A DNA stretch of 64,000 bases from an uncultured Christensenella sp. (lineage in GTDB: Bacteria > Bacillota > Clostridia > Christensenellales > UBA3700). The notes under the pieces are model-generated. The model made no database searches and was not told where the DNA came from. It saw only the letters and a list, made by a program, of their open reading frames with translations. Made by a program: the position numbers and the translations under genes. The stretch covers positions 115,464 through 179,463 of the forward strand of contig CASERZ010000003.1 of NCBI GenBank assembly GCA_949290515.1, written 5' to 3'. How positions within the stretch are numbered: the first letter of the stretch is position 1; the number at the start of each line of letters is the position of its first letter. This document shows, piece by piece, positions 63,586 through 64,000 of the stretch.

Positions 63586-64000
63586 TTACGCTTCTGCAAT
63601 GAATTTTTCTATATCGCGCCACGCTTGTTTGCTTTCTTTCAAAAAGGGTACGGCATATAAAAAATCGTGGAACATTCCTTTGTATTTTTTATATTCGACT
63701 TCTACTCCTGCCTCGATTGCCCTTAGGTATATCATATCGCTGTCGCTCTCGTCCACTTCGCAATCTCCGACGATTACGAGCATCTTGGGAAAACCTCTGT
63801 AATCGGCAAAAGCAGGAGAGATATACGGGTCACGGGGGTCGCAGTCTCCGATATATGCAGGAAGCCTTCTCAATCTGTCCGAATACTTATCGGCGCTCAT
63901 ATAATAAGGCAAAGCGTACATAGGGTCTTTATGACAGTTTTTTCTGTATGACTCTCCGCTTGCCGTGCAGTCGGCATAGGCACATACGGATACCGCCGCT
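63586..64000 (-). CDS. alpha/beta hydrolase (esterase/lipase fold-3 type), C-terminal part; start lies beyond the right edge
   Basis: DPYISPAFADYRGFPKMLVIVGDCEVDESDSDMIYLRAIEAGVEVEYKKYKGMFHDF fits the Abhydrolase_3 C-terminal pattern (D...H). The frame stays open upstream of the M at 63921 through to position 64000. Confidence 0.7.
   Translation of the reverse strand, partial: AAVSVCAYADCTASGESYRKNCHKDPMYALPYYMSADKYSDRLRRLPAYIGDCDPRDPYISPAFADYRGFPKMLVIVGDCEVDESDSDMIYLRAIEAGVEVEYKKYKGMFHDFLYAVPFLKESKQAWRDIEKFIAEA

Noticed and set aside
1-64000. CRISPR arrays, integrases, transposases/IS elements and rRNA genes
   Set aside because: I saw no regularly spaced direct repeats. None of the translated ORFs shows tyrosine or serine recombinase or DDE transposase motifs. 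No rRNA-like sequence was seen. The only RNA gene found is tRNA-Ser.

Overview
This window reads as a chromosomal segment of a Firmicute, probably Clostridia-like. Support: GGAGG-type RBSs, many TTGACA-17-TATAAT promoters, stem-loop plus T-run terminators, a Cys T-box leader and a yyaC sporulation gene. All protein calls come from reading motifs in the supplied translations; no database search was run.

Layout:
- 1-2.9 kb: 5' part of a DUF4011-type helicase-like gene that runs off the left edge, a Cys-motif protein and an XRE regulator.
- 3-20.9 kb: housekeeping and envelope genes (ddh, DUF5054/GH38-like protein, GH29 fucosidase, ftsH, yyaC, cvpA-like, T-box-cysE-cysS, Wzy-like and Wzz-like membrane proteins).
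- 21.1-21.4 kb: tRNA-Ser(GGA), followed by a second copy of its 3' end.
- 21.5-25 kb: metallophosphoesterase and a GH3 glycosidase.
- 25.06-38.3 kb: the accessory locus of main interest.
- 38.5-47.1 kb: AT-rich patch with XRE regulators, an orphan azlD, a DUF1273/SLOG gene, a sigma/anti-sigma-like pair and a three-gene ABC/FtsX exporter.
- 47.2-63.5 kb: dapL, carAB, purF, guaA, asnB, a three-gene split glutamate synthase, glnA and an ANTAR regulator.
- 63.6-64 kb: partial alpha/beta hydrolase.

The main locus has two parts. On the minus strand is a tightly coupled six-gene operon: TIR + DUF6273-like protein, 700-aa orphan, ParA/MinD-like ATPase with a degenerate Walker A, about 781-aa orphan, GNAT, and TIR-SAM-methyltransferase. 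Transcribed divergently from it are an HD-RyR-SLOG fusion protein and a membrane RyR-module protein. I do not recognise this combination as any described defence system. I propose it as a candidate TIR-signal / SLOG-sensor (Thoeris-like logic) system.

No CRISPR array, integrase or transposase was recognised in the window.
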